A stretch of DNA of 60,948 nucleotides, counting the filler. It is 5 parts of 5 records of this genome, joined end to end, with 100 filler letters (N's around TTAATTAATTAA, not from the genome) between each part and the next. Parts side by side here need not be neighbours in the genome. Positions count along the whole stretch, not along the records: positions 29,469 to 38,707 come from SRR31156797_4795; positions 38,808 to 45,712 come from SRR31156797_4813; positions 45,813 to 60,948 come from SRR31156797_4820; 2 more parts are not named here. One strand, 5' to 3'. Below are positions 38,682 to 48,325 of this stretch, one piece after another. The position numbers and the translations under genes were made by a program. The notes beneath the pieces are model-generated. The model ran no database searches, was not told where the DNA came from, and was given only the letters and a program-made list of their open reading frames with translations. Position 1 is the stretch's first letter, and each line of letters begins with the position of its first letter.

Positions 38682-38707
38682 CGTCATTACGAGGAGGAAC
38701 GACGAAG
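38682..38707 (+). repeat. Possible REP-like palindrome start at contig end
   Basis: CGTCATTACGAGGAGGAACGACGAAG; the assembly breaks inside it. Confidence 0.4.
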
Positions 38708-38807
38708 NNNNNNNNNNNNNNNNNNNNNNNNNNNNNNNNNNNNNNNNNNNNTTAATTAATTAANNNNNNNNNNNNNNNNNNNNNNNNNNNNNNNNNNNNN
38801 NNNNNNN
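38708..38807. other. Artificial contig spacer
   Basis: N-run with TTAATTAATTAA. Confidence 0.97.
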
Positions 38808-39112
38808 TCAAACTTTTTCTGATCCCCATTGATTAATGCCTGCTCTATGTCTGGGAATACTTGACGAAAACGTGCCAAAAGCGTTTTTTTCCCATTGGAA
38901 AATGTTGCCTTCAGTGCCTCGACCCAACCAAAGGCGGGAGAGGATTCTTTGGGTATCCCGACAGCGAGCGGCGGTTCATGTTTACCCGGATTGAATGTCT
39001 CAATCATTCTATCAATAAGCCTGTCTCCATCATGAGTGCGGCCTTGCGTATCCTTTTTGATGCCACCTTTGAAAATAGGGAACCACTTATCAAATTTGCT
39101 GATATTCTTCAT
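38808..39112 (-). CDS. Mu gpI-like prohead protease domain (partial)
   Basis: WFPIFKGG..KDTQG...HEPPLAVGIPKESSPAFGWVEAL...LLARFRQV resembles Mu-like protease N-termini; truncated by contig end. Confidence 0.6.
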
Positions 39113-39125
39113 TTTTGACCTCATT

Positions 39126-39575
39126 TTATGCCGCCTTTTTGGCGTGCTCTGAGCGTACTTCTTGAATCCTGCCCTCAAAATAGTCATTCAGTTTGACAAG
39201 TTCCGGCAAATCTTCATTGATTAATTTATCGATTTTTTTCACGCAATCACTTGCGTGCATAGTCGTTTCCCAATCCTTGATTGTCCCACCTTCAACCATT
39301 TCACGGATTGTTCTTGCGCGATCAAGCAATGTCACGCCACCGTACTTAAAATAATCTCCGAGGACCGGATAAATTTTGCCTATGGTATCGCTTACTGCCT
39401 CGGCATAATCATTGACGATAAGACCAAAATGCTCTCCGGCCAGTCTTATCAACTCGCCATCTCCATTGTTACAATCCCAAGCCATATAAGACATCACTGA
39501 CCCCAGGCTTTTAAGCTTTTCGCATTGCTCTATGATTTTATCGACTTTCAACTCTCTATCAATTAGGTTTTCCAA
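39126..39575 (-). CDS. Hypothetical protein
   Basis: 149-aa ORF with AGGAGG RBS and TTG start. Confidence 0.65.
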   Translation of the reverse strand: MENLIDRELKVDKIIEQCEKLKSLGSVMSYMAWDCNNGDGELIRLAGEHFGLIVNDYAEAVSDTIGKIYPVLGDYFKYGGVTLLDRARTIREMVEGGTIKDWETTMHASDCVKKIDKLINEDLPELVKLNDYFEGRIQEVRSEHAKKAA

Positions 39576-39720
39576 GGTTTATCCTCCTTTTAATGTTTGG
39601 AAATGGCGTTTGACATTTGCCCTTCATTACGTTACGGTTTTTACGTTTGGACAAGGTTGAGCCACAGCCTCTACAGCCTGCCCGAACGCCCGCCCTGCTG
39701 TGGGGGGAGTGAGGGCCTCA

Positions 39721-40314
39721 TCACTCCTTTTTTTCCATAAGAGCCTTGCTATGCTCTTTCAACGGCGTCAAAACTGCATCCACATGATTACTTCTCAAAA
39801 AAGCCAGATCGGAGACAGGGCCGTTTTTTAGGCTCATCGTTTGCCTGAAGATGAATCCCCTTAATCCCTGGCTCTTATCCCCTGCCCGGCCATCATTGAA
39901 GTCCAGATCCCAAAGGGCATGAATCCATGCCAATTGCTTATTGGATGCAAAACCCGGCCTTCTTTTCGGAAATCGTTTGTCCCAATATGCTAAACGCCGG
40001 TGATAGACTTCTCTCGATTTTTCATCGCCCTTAACAGGCTGTTTTTTCAGCCGGTTCATACTATTATTGGGTATTCTTGAAAGTGGCGGATTGTTGACCC
40101 TGGCCCCTTTGCTTTTCAGGATCTCAATCAATTCCCACCGCTGCCTCAGTGAAAGCGCTCTCAGAGAGGGTTCACCACAAAGCTGTCTTGCCAGTTCCCG
40201 GCAGACATCAAGATCAATGCATAATTGCGCCCTGGCTTTATGGATGATCCGGTTTTGCCAGTTGTAAAAGTCTTTTTCGGGGTCCTTTTGTTTGAGCGCC
40301 GGCATTGTCTCCAC
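39721..40314 (-). CDS. gemA: GemA-like (DUF1018) protein
   Basis: IIHKARAQLCID...RELARQLCGEPSLRALS...LIEILKSKG; position downstream of MuB. Confidence 0.7.
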   Translation of the reverse strand: METMPALKQKDPEKDFYNWQNRIIHKARAQLCIDLDVCRELARQLCGEPSLRALSLRQRWELIEILKSKGARVNNPPLSRIPNNSMNRLKKQPVKGDEKSREVYHRRLAYWDKRFPKRRPGFASNKQLAWIHALWDLDFNDGRAGDKSQGLRGFIFRQTMSLKNGPVSDLAFLRSNHVDAVLTPLKEHSKALMEKKE

Positions 40315-40316
40315 CT

Positions 40317-40751
40317 CTATGTAGGTGATTTCGGGTGCTCCAATGGAGCGTTATCAGGATCGACAAGGCGGTAGACGCCTTCAGAATAACCCTGCCCTGA
40401 AACCAGGGTGATGAAGCCTTTTTTCTTCAGGAATATGAAATACTTCTTCGTATGTGTCTTTGATGCGCCTGAAAGGGTTACAATATCTTTCCTGCTGAAG
40501 TATTCCTTGATCCTCATTGCCCGCCACATTTTTTCCACCTTTTTGAAAGGGCGGGGTTTTATTTCATAGCGATAAACCCCCGGCGTTACCTGAATGATGT
40601 CTCCGTTGGCCTTAAGTTTATTCACAACGCCTTTAACCTTCCGAAGGTCTCCAAAGGTTTTGACGCCCAGGGCCGAAGCGAGTTCATCAACCGTGAAGTC
40701 ATCAGCGCCGGTTGCATATTCTCTGACTTTCTGAGTTAAACCCTTTCCCAT
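40317..40751 (-). CDS. Tandem winged-helix hypothetical protein
   Basis: FTVDELASALG and FSRKDIVTLSGAS...LKKKGFI. Confidence 0.55.
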   Translation of the reverse strand: MGKGLTQKVREYATGADDFTVDELASALGVKTFGDLRKVKGVVNKLKANGDIIQVTPGVYRYEIKPRPFKKVEKMWRAMRIKEYFSRKDIVTLSGASKTHTKKYFIFLKKKGFITLVSGQGYSEGVYRLVDPDNAPLEHPKSPT

Positions 40752-40753
40752 CG

Positions 40754-41539
40754 CTATTTAACCGCCTTCAGCGGGCTACTGACTGAACTTTTGCCGGTCT
40801 CCGCTGATGTCTCCACGTTAACTTCTTCAAGGCTTGGGATTTCCTTTGCCGCTTCCTTGGCTATGGCGATGGATATTTCAGTGGTTTTACTGAGGCGGCA
40901 AAAGTCCTCAATTTTCGTTAGATGGGCGTTTATAAGCCGGAAATCTCCCAATGTAACCGCCTGGATAAAGGATGCGCATTTCTTGGTGCATTCCAAATCA
41001 CACAGTTCATTGGAAATTCGTTGTATGCTTTCAGCGGTCAAGGGTTTAAATTCAACAACTTCGCTGATCCGGCTCAGGACCTGCCCCAGATCCCGACGTT
41101 GCAACAGCGAAAGGGCTTCTTCCTGGCCCACAAGGATGATGGGGATTTTTGAAAGATCATGGATATCCCGGATGGTCTCAATGAGGATGGAAGTTCTTAT
41201 CACCCTGTCGGCTTCATCGATGAAGAGAGGCACACGGTTCTTTTGGGTGACCCGTTCAAGTTCTCTCAGATCGTGTTTAAGCCTGCCCCTGGCCTTAACA
41301 CGGTACGCCCCCAATATGTCTTCCACCATCATATTGAGTGACCGGCGCCAGCCTGCCTTTGCCCTCACATAAACGCATGGCTTATTAGTGAAATACCACT
41401 CGATCGAGGTAGATTTTCCAAGGCCCCATTGACCGTAGGCCAGACCCATTTTATCACTTCGGCCCGGCTTGTTTTTCAGGGATTCCACCATATTGGCGAA
41501 TCTGAGCACGTTCTCCGTCATGACGATCTGATCTTTCAT
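40754..41539 (-). CDS. MuB-like AAA+ transposition ATPase
   Basis: GQWGLGKS, FIDEAD, IRDIHDL..IPIILVG; overlaps the transposase stop codon. Confidence 0.88.
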   Translation of the reverse strand: MKDQIVMTENVLRFANMVESLKNKPGRSDKMGLAYGQWGLGKSTSIEWYFTNKPCVYVRAKAGWRRSLNMMVEDILGAYRVKARGRLKHDLRELERVTQKNRVPLFIDEADRVIRTSILIETIRDIHDLSKIPIILVGQEEALSLLQRRDLGQVLSRISEVVEFKPLTAESIQRISNELCDLECTKKCASFIQAVTLGDFRLINAHLTKIEDFCRLSKTTEISIAIAKEAAKEIPSLEEVNVETSAETGKSSVSSPLKAVK

Positions 41540-43353
41540 ACAGCCTCCTTAGCAAGTTGCTCGTCCAGATATGAACCGACCAGGTCGTACATATCCGACT
41601 CTAAAAACTCATTCAAAAACCGCTTATCAAAATCATCCAAAGGTTCACCATTGCGTTCCCGCCTTCGGATGTCTAAATACATTTCCTGATCGTTCCGGAT
41701 CAGCTTTTCTTCAGGCTCATGAGCGTCAACATTTTGAGATGTTTCGGTCTGCTGATCTTCTGATTTATCGTCCGTATAGGAGACATTTTCGGTTTCGGGA
41801 AACGGTACTACTTTACCTATTTTAGGCAGTTCGGAAGGTCTTTCTTTTTTCTTGTGCTCAATAAAGGCAAGGACGCCGCTGTCAGGGTTTTCATGTTTAT
41901 TCAAGAGAGGGAGATGTGCTTTAATACGAGTTCTAAGCTCTTGATTTCGTGACTTTTTGGCATCTCTGATATCGTTTGGAGTCTTTCCTTTTCGACTTAG
42001 GTCTACTGCCGTGCAGAGATACCGGCCCTCGTAATAGACGATCAATTCAGATGCTTCAAAATCGTTAACCCGGATTGTGACTTTTTCACCTTCAGGCAGC
42101 TTCTTGTGAAAGAATTTCCCATTGTCATAGCGGATGCGGCCACGCCTCACAGTTCTTGGGAATTCCTCCATCAGGAGAATATCAAGGTCCCGCTCTTCAA
42201 CCGTTTCCGGCGTGAATCCAGAGGGTGACATTCTTTCTCTTGGGCGTTGTCCGGTCGAGCTATGCTCTGTTTCCGCATAAACATAGGTCACATAATCGTC
42301 AATGATCTTTTGGAGTTCAGCTTTTGTGAGCTGAATATCAATGACATTCGGTTTATTTTGAACAGAATTTCCGGAGTAGCCGGGAAGCCGTCTTAAAAGC
42401 TTCTCCGACAACGTTCTGAATGCCCGCTCAATATGTGGTTTTTCAACCGGATTTCCGGGAATGCAAATATGAACGGAAACACCTAGACTTCTTAGAAAAT
42501 TCAGGACCCTTTTGTTTTTGTATGGCTTTCCGTTGTCGATAACGATTTCTTCAGGAAGGCCCCAGGCAAGTATACGGTCTTTAATAAGTTTGCCGACCAT
42601 CAGACCGGTTTCATGTTCAACAAGGACAAACCTGAGTGAACGGCTGAAGACATCGATAGCCCCTATGATCTTGCATCTCTTCCCATCCGATGTGTTTAAC
42701 ACCGTATCCGGGATTCTTTCGCCTGTAAAAAGATCCGCGACGGTCGTATCAAGTTCAACGCGCTGATTCGGTCTTGTGACATCTCCATCCGCCCGGCCCA
42801 GAACTACTTGCATATTTCGATCCCGCAGGCCCTTTTGTCCTTCATGGTGCAATACCAGTGCTGCCCAGTTGTCGGCTCTGTATTCTTTCGCATAGGTGCG
42901 AATGGTGTAGTAAGTGGGAATTTTTTCTTTTGAGACCAGATATTGAAGGTCTTCAAAGATGTCCTGGTATGTGCAAAGATGATTTTTCCAAATCAGATTT
43001 TCAATGGTTTGCCTGATTTCCGGGTCGATCCGGCTACCGCCTTTGTTATAGCCATACAAGAGACCCGATAGCCCGTATTTTTCAAGTAGTTTTTTCCACC
43101 TGTAGAGTTTGTCTTTACTGATCTTTTTATCTTTCAGCTTCTCTTTTAAGTCTTGATCAATCAGACCGTTATTGAAAAGTTGAACATATCTTTGCGTACC
43201 TTTGACTTTTTTTAGATTTGAATGGGCTGAAAGGAATTGCTCATATTTTCCAAGGATATCTGCCCTGGTCAACGAAATATTCTGACTCCATTCCGGGGCT
43301 TCGGTGAAGGTAGAGGGTGTGCTGTTGGAAGTGCCAGTACTTGCGCCGTTCAT
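41536..43353 (-). CDS. MuA-like DDE transposase
   Basis: ELDTT, IDVFSR, IDNGK, KPHIERAF triad; Mu C-terminal beta-barrel-like region. Confidence 0.9.
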   Translation of the reverse strand: MNGASTGTSNSTPSTFTEAPEWSQNISLTRADILGKYEQFLSAHSNLKKVKGTQRYVQLFNNGLIDQDLKEKLKDKKISKDKLYRWKKLLEKYGLSGLLYGYNKGGSRIDPEIRQTIENLIWKNHLCTYQDIFEDLQYLVSKEKIPTYYTIRTYAKEYRADNWAALVLHHEGQKGLRDRNMQVVLGRADGDVTRPNQRVELDTTVADLFTGERIPDTVLNTSDGKRCKIIGAIDVFSRSLRFVLVEHETGLMVGKLIKDRILAWGLPEEIVIDNGKPYKNKRVLNFLRSLGVSVHICIPGNPVEKPHIERAFRTLSEKLLRRLPGYSGNSVQNKPNVIDIQLTKAELQKIIDDYVTYVYAETEHSSTGQRPRERMSPSGFTPETVEERDLDILLMEEFPRTVRRGRIRYDNGKFFHKKLPEGEKVTIRVNDFEASELIVYYEGRYLCTAVDLSRKGKTPNDIRDAKKSRNQELRTRIKAHLPLLNKHENPDSGVLAFIEHKKKERPSELPKIGKVVPFPETENVSYTDDKSEDQQTETSQNVDAHEPEEKLIRNDQEMYLDIRRRERNGEPLDDFDKRFLNEFLESDMYDLVGSYLDEQLAKEAV

Positions 43354-43355
43354 TT

Positions 43356-43646
43356 TTATTTTTCCGTTTTACAATTTACAATCACTGCGATCGATCTTTC
43401 AGAAAGTCCTGACATTTCGCTCAATACTGAACATATGATGCCAAGATCCTTTAGAGCGCGAATCTGCTGATTTCGATCCTTCTTTGAAGGGCAATGCCTT
43501 GACATCAACAATTTTTCATCCTCGCTCAGCAGTTCCCAAACTCCTTTGGCTTTTTTTGAAAGTTCACCTTTCATTCCATAGGCCCAGGGGCGTTTGGTTC
43601 CTTTTCCCGAGAGACGTTTTTTTAACCGTTCGGTGATAGATTCCAT
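43356..43646 (-). CDS. Small HTH-like hypothetical protein
   Basis: RNQQIRALKDLG...LSEMSGLSERSI. Confidence 0.5.
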   Translation of the reverse strand: MESITERLKKRLSGKGTKRPWAYGMKGELSKKAKGVWELLSEDEKLLMSRHCPSKKDRNQQIRALKDLGIICSVLSEMSGLSERSIAVIVNCKTEK

Positions 43647-43654
43647 GATTTTCC

Positions 43655-44083
43655 TTAAAAATCCTCAAGGGCTGACAATGCATGTTTGGCGCGTTTGGCC
43701 GCCCTGCGTTTAATCATTTCAGCTTCAGCCCACCGCAGAAGCTTTTTGCTTTTTTCATTGACGGCATCGCAGTCAAGCGGTTTCAGTAGACAGGTAATAG
43801 GTGATATGTCACCCACCACCTTACAAAAAATGGTTGTCCACGGAAGAGATGGAAGCCGGTCCGGATCAGAATCTTTAGTCCAATTGTCGAGAGAGGCTTT
43901 TGAGGTTTTTTTCCGCATGCCTTCCTTGACTGCAATTCGATTCATTTCATCAACAATTTGGTCTCTGGAGAGGTGTGTTTTGGACAGGGCAAGCCGCAAT
44001 GCCCTCTTGATTTCGTACGTGGGATTGAGGGAGACGGAATGAAAAAGCTCTAATTGATGCGGTTTTTCTTCCATTTTGTACAA
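43655..44083 (-). CDS. Hypothetical phage protein
   Basis: 142-aa ORF in the early operon (LSRDQIVDEM...SLDNWT). Confidence 0.6.
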   Translation of the reverse strand: MYKMEEKPHQLELFHSVSLNPTYEIKRALRLALSKTHLSRDQIVDEMNRIAVKEGMRKKTSKASLDNWTKDSDPDRLPSLPWTTIFCKVVGDISPITCLLKPLDCDAVNEKSKKLLRWAEAEMIKRRAAKRAKHALSALEDF

Positions 44084-44144
44084 TGTCCTTTGTTTTTAAG
44101 GTCAAACTCTTGAAAAAATAGACATTGATTTTGCTGGAAAAGGG

Positions 44145-44384
44145 TTATAATCTTACATTCGAATCATTCAGGTTAACGGGATCGGCCCCAAAAAGAACAT
44201 GAACATCTTTGCCCAGGGCGTCGGCAATTGCCCGCCTTGCTTTTGGGGCTTCAAAGTGGCCGTTGATGACGGAGCAAAGGTGCCCTCGGCTGTAGCCTGT
44301 CGATTCGGCCAGTTTGCCTATGGTCAAATCTTGGTCTATGAGTTCTTTTTTAACCTTTTTGTGAGGAGCCATAATAACCTCCAA
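44145..44384 (-). CDS. Ner/Cro-like HTH regulator
   Basis: LTIGKLAESTGYSRGHLCSVING...IADALG; first gene of the early operon. Confidence 0.75.
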   Translation of the reverse strand: MEVIMAPHKKVKKELIDQDLTIGKLAESTGYSRGHLCSVINGHFEAPKARRAIADALGKDVHVLFGADPVNLNDSNVRL

Positions 44385-44393
44385 TTAAAAATA

Positions 44394-44430
44394 TTCACAA
44401 TATGTGATCCAATGGTCATATATTGTGATC
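44394..44430. promoter_or_regulatory. Putative operators between the divergent regulators
   Basis: Two related near-palindromes, TCACAATATGTGA and TCATATATTGTGA. Confidence 0.5.
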
Positions 44431-44447
44431 TTCGTGTCAACAAAAAA

Positions 44448-45155
44448 ATGGAAAATTCATCGCATAAAATTACAGCTATCAGGGTGCAGAACGACCTGAC
44501 TCAAGCTCAGTTTGCGAAATCGTTAGGTTATTCAAAGGGTTATATCGCAAACATCGAAACGGGAAGGACAAAGCCTTCGAGAAGATTTTTGGAAGCCTTG
44601 AGCCGTGAGTATAAGTTGTCGATAGAATACCTATTTCAAGACACTCTGATACTTGACCTCATAGAGAGCAATAAGCAAAACGAAAATCCGGATCTAATTT
44701 TTTTGTATGCTTTTACGCAGAAAGGTATAGACAATGCCGAGAAGGAACTAAGATTACTTCTCGAAGGAAGAAAATACATCCTAGTTGACGCTACTGGAAT
44801 AAAAAGCGTGCCTCGATTTTATAAAAAAATTCTTAACAGAGAAGGGCGCGCGAGCGATCTTATAAACGCCATTAAGGATATGATGCTCAATCAGGAAATC
44901 ATTTTGATAATAAAAAACATGTCGTTGTCAAAAATACCTTCGAGCGGCTCATATCTAAAAGAAATTTATAAGTTTATGGACGATGCGTGGGATTCCAGAC
45001 AGGAGGGTGAAAAAGTAATCACGTTTCACAGATTGCCAAAATCTTCTCTAGTAGTATTGGACTTTGCAAGCTACTTAGAAAAGAATATGCAATCCGGTTT
45101 CGGTTACTATGCTGTTCCAATACATGTTGGCGATGTAAGATATCGCAACAAATAA
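44448..45155 (+). CDS. XRE-family repressor with an extra C-terminal domain
   Basis: LTQAQFAKSLGYSKGYIANIETGRTKPS; ATG 44448 chosen because the longer ORF overlaps the divergent gene. Confidence 0.8.
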   Translation: MENSSHKITAIRVQNDLTQAQFAKSLGYSKGYIANIETGRTKPSRRFLEALSREYKLSIEYLFQDTLILDLIESNKQNENPDLIFLYAFTQKGIDNAEKELRLLLEGRKYILVDATGIKSVPRFYKKILNREGRASDLINAIKDMMLNQEIILIIKNMSLSKIPSSGSYLKEIYKFMDDAWDSRQEGEKVITFHRLPKSSLVVLDFASYLEKNMQSGFGYYAVPIHVGDVRYRNK

Positions 45156-45402
45156 GAAAATCTTCGAAAAACGGAATAATTCAACGAGAATCGAAGAAAA
45201 CAGGAGCTTTCACGGTTTTCACCAAAATTTCCCCTTCCGGCCACAGGTTTAGAAGTAAACCTAAAAACGCTTCATTTTCGAAAAATGGAAAGTTGTTTTC
45301 CTTCTAAAATCGAAAAATGCATTATGTAAACTTGGCTCTTTCCAGATCATCCACAACCTATTTAAATCAAAGACAAAACAATGTTTTTTCGGGCCGTTTT
45401 TA

Positions 45403-45457
45403 AATTTGAATTCAATTTGCGAAAAACGTGTTTTCAATTTGAATTCAATTTGCGAAA
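45403..45457. repeat. 22-bp perfect direct repeat near the element end
   Basis: AATTTGAATTCAATTTGCGAAA at 45403-45424 and 45436-45457. Confidence 0.85.
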
Positions 45458-45712
45458 GAAATTGGACAAAATTGTAGACTTGAAAAATTGCAAAATTTTG
45501 GCTGAGCCGTATAAGTACGCGATTTCATGCAAGTTCGATGCAAATCGAACGTAAGAAATTGAAGAAAAATTCAGGCATTCAGATTTCCCAAATATCACCT
45601 TCAATACCAATTGGTAACGCCTAACATACCGTTATTACCCGGCAAATCCCATCATATCCCGGCTTAATAAGCCATCAGACTAGTTTTGTTGCAAATTGTA
45701 CCCCCCCCCACA

Positions 45713-45812
45713 NNNNNNNNNNNNNNNNNNNNNNNNNNNNNNNNNNNNNNNNNNNNTTAATTAATTAANNNNNNNNNNNNNNNNNNNNNNNNNNNNNNNN
45801 NNNNNNNNNNNN
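45713..45812. other. Artificial contig spacer
   Basis: N-run with TTAATTAATTAA. Confidence 0.97.
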
Positions 45813-46285
45813 CCCTTTTTGGTGATGATATTGATCACCCCGCCAAGTCCGCCCTGGCCGTAAAGTACGGAGTGGTTCCCGTAAGAAACCTTGATCCTTG
45901 CAATATTTTCCGTTGAGATCAAAGAAGGATCAAACTGGCCGTCATAGGTGGAGTTAAAAGGAATCCCGTTGAGCAGTAGAACCACATGGCGGGACCGCAT
46001 ACCTCTGATATTGACCCTGGGAATGCCCTGGGCCCCCCGCCGGACATCCACACCGGGCAGCAGTTCAAGCGCCCTGTCCAGGGTGGTGGCACGGCGGATA
46101 TCAATCTGCTGGGCGGTAATTTCATGGAGGGTCCCTACGGACTCCACCCCCCGGTCCTCAGAGGCGGTGACCACCACCTCACCCAGATCGTACTCTGAAT
46201 TCTTATCAAGGTTGTCGTCTGCCAGGGCATTCACGCCTGTGCAAAACAATAAAACGACGATGATCCTTGCGATCATATTGAACAT
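45813..46285 (-). CDS. TonB-dependent receptor, N-terminal plug (partial)
   Basis: Signal peptide, EVVVTA TonB box, SVLYG..GLGGVINIITKK. Confidence 0.88.
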
Positions 46286-46567
46286 AACCCACGTCTCCTT
46301 TATTGGCGGCCCTAAGCCGCTAAATCTTAATTATATAAAAAATGAACCACACCCATCTATTTTTGTCAAATTATAACCGTTTCTTTTTCATACGCCCTCT
46401 TTTCAGATTTTTATTTTTCTGATACTAACCAGGATTAACCAATAACTACATTAACAAAAGATCCTGGACAAACCATCAGCCTTTTTCTTCCCCATACGCT
46501 GACCCGGACCCTTGGTATCAGGGTACTTCCCATAGTCTCCCTGATCCTGATCCTGGTCTCGGTCCTT

Positions 46568-47497
46568 TTGGGCCGGTATCCCATTCACCTGCAGGAAATT
46601 GCCTTGCTGATCAAGGCCCTGGCCGGCCAGGGTCAGGTCAACGAGATTCACTATTCCCTTATTGTCCATGTCCGGCTCCCCAGGGCCATCCTGGCGGCCC
46701 TGGTCGGCGGAAGCCTGGCTGTCAGCGGAGCAGCCTTCCAGGGGTTGTTCAAAAACCCCCTGGTCAGCTCAGGCATGCTGGGGGTCAGTTCAGGCGCAAG
46801 TTTTGGTGCAGCCCTGGCCCTGATCCTTTTTGGTTCAGGCCTGCCGGTCTATCTATCCTCCTTTGGATTCGGCCTTGCAGCAGTGGGCTTAAGCCTTGTC
46901 ACCGGCCGGTTTGTGGCAGACCGCCAAGCCGTCACCCTGGTACTGGGCGGCGTGATTGTGGGCTCGATCTTTTCCGCACTTGTCTCCTTTTTAAAATATG
47001 TGGCAGATCCATACGATGAGTTGCCTGCCATTGTATTCTGGCTGATGGGCAGCCTGTCCCGGGCCCAGTATCCAGTCATCCTTGCCGCCGGCCTGCCCAT
47101 GTTGTTAGGCTGTGCCGGGCTCTATCTGATCCGCTGGCGCCTCAACGTCCTTGCCATGGGGGACAGGGAGGCAAGAGCGTTGGGACTGAACCTTGCCTGG
47201 ACCAGACTTTTTGTTATTGTCTGCGCCACCTTGGCCACGGCCGCAGCCGTCTGCGTCTCCGGCGTCATCGGCTGGATAGGACTTGTGGTTCCCCACATGG
47301 GACGGATGGTGGTCGGCAACAACAACAATAAACTGATCCCGGCCGCATTCTGTATAGGCGCCTGTTTTCTAATCGTCGTGGATACGGTCAGTCGGCTGAT
47401 CTCCACAAGTGAAATGCCCTTGGGAATTCTTACCGCCCTTGTGGGCGGCCCTTTTTTCATCTACCTGCTCAAGCAGACCAAAGGAAAGCGATGGTAA
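46568..47497 (+). CDS. FecCD/BtuC-family ABC permease (start uncertain)
   Basis: RLPRAILA, FQGLFKNPLV, FWLMGSL, GWIGLVVPH; a hydrophobic in-frame stretch extends upstream without an ATG. Confidence 0.9.
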   Translation: MGRYPIHLQEIALLIKALAGQGQVNEIHYSLIVHVRLPRAILAALVGGSLAVSGAAFQGLFKNPLVSSGMLGVSSGASFGAALALILFGSGLPVYLSSFGFGLAAVGLSLVTGRFVADRQAVTLVLGGVIVGSIFSALVSFLKYVADPYDELPAIVFWLMGSLSRAQYPVILAAGLPMLLGCAGLYLIRWRLNVLAMGDREARALGLNLAWTRLFVIVCATLATAAAVCVSGVIGWIGLVVPHMGRMVVGNNNNKLIPAAFCIGACFLIVVDTVSRLISTSEMPLGILTALVGGPFFIYLLKQTKGKRW

Positions 47498-47500
47498 ACC

Positions 47501-48325
47501 GTGTCTGATACGCTGATCCAGATCCGGGACGCCGGCTTTTCCCACTCCGGCACCCAGGTGTTCGCCCGGGTTGACCTCCAGGTATCAAGGGGCGAGTCCC
47601 TGTGCCTTTTGGGACCAAACGGCTGCGGTAAAACCACGCTGCTGGACTGTCTTATTGGCATCAATTCCCTGGACAGGGGCAGTATCTTGATTGACGAAAC
47701 GCCCATCACGCAGATGTCCGCGGTTCAGACAGCCAGGTATCTGGCCTATGTGCCCCAGCGGCACAGGCGGTCCTTTTCCTTTACGGTCATGGATATTCTG
47801 CTCATGGGGCGCACCCCTTACACCGCCCTTTTTGCCTCCCCCTCGGCCCAGGACCGCAAAAAAGCCGAAGCGTTGCTGGACAGCCTGGGCCTGATCCATC
47901 TCAGGGACAGGAACTATACCAAGCTGTCCGGCGGGGAGACCCAGCTGGTCATGATCCTGCGGGCACTGGTCCAGGAAACCCAGATCATCGTCATGGACGA
48001 ACCCACAGCCCACCTGGACTTTAAAAACGAGCTGTTAGTCCTTGAAACTATTGTCCGAATGATCCGCGACAAAGGGCTTACCCTGATCATGGCCACCCAC
48101 TTTCCCAACCATGCCTTTTTCCTTGAAAACAGGGGGCTTCCCGTGCAGGTCTGCTTCATGCATCAGGGCCGCATCCGGCCGGCAGGAGCACCGTCACAGG
48201 CATTAACCAGTGAAAACATCAGCCAGGTGTTCGGAGTGAAGGCCGCAGTGGTCTCCAAACAGATCCAGGATAACGGCTTAATAAAACAAATCATTCCCAT
48301 TAAGACCATGGACAGCATCCCATGA
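47501..48325 (+). CDS. Iron-chelate/cobalamin ABC ATPase
   Basis: GPNGCGKTT, LSGGE, MDEPTAHLD. Confidence 0.92.
   Translation: MSDTLIQIRDAGFSHSGTQVFARVDLQVSRGESLCLLGPNGCGKTTLLDCLIGINSLDRGSILIDETPITQMSAVQTARYLAYVPQRHRRSFSFTVMDILLMGRTPYTALFASPSAQDRKKAEALLDSLGLIHLRDRNYTKLSGGETQLVMILRALVQETQIIVMDEPTAHLDFKNELLVLETIVRMIRDKGLTLIMATHFPNHAFFLENRGLPVQVCFMHQGRIRPAGAPSQALTSENISQVFGVKAAVVSKQIQDNGLIKQIIPIKTMDSIP

Larger units (their letters stand above)
38808..45712 (-). mobile_element. Mu-like transposable phage-related element (early end)
   Basis: Repressor divergent from Ner/Cro-like HTH, MuA, MuB, GemA and protease-I-like genes; contig ends in CA. Confidence 0.85.

Noticed and set aside
44199-44447. 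N-terminal extension of the repressor ORF
   Set aside because: Overlaps the divergent HTH gene and the operator region; ATG 44448 is more plausible
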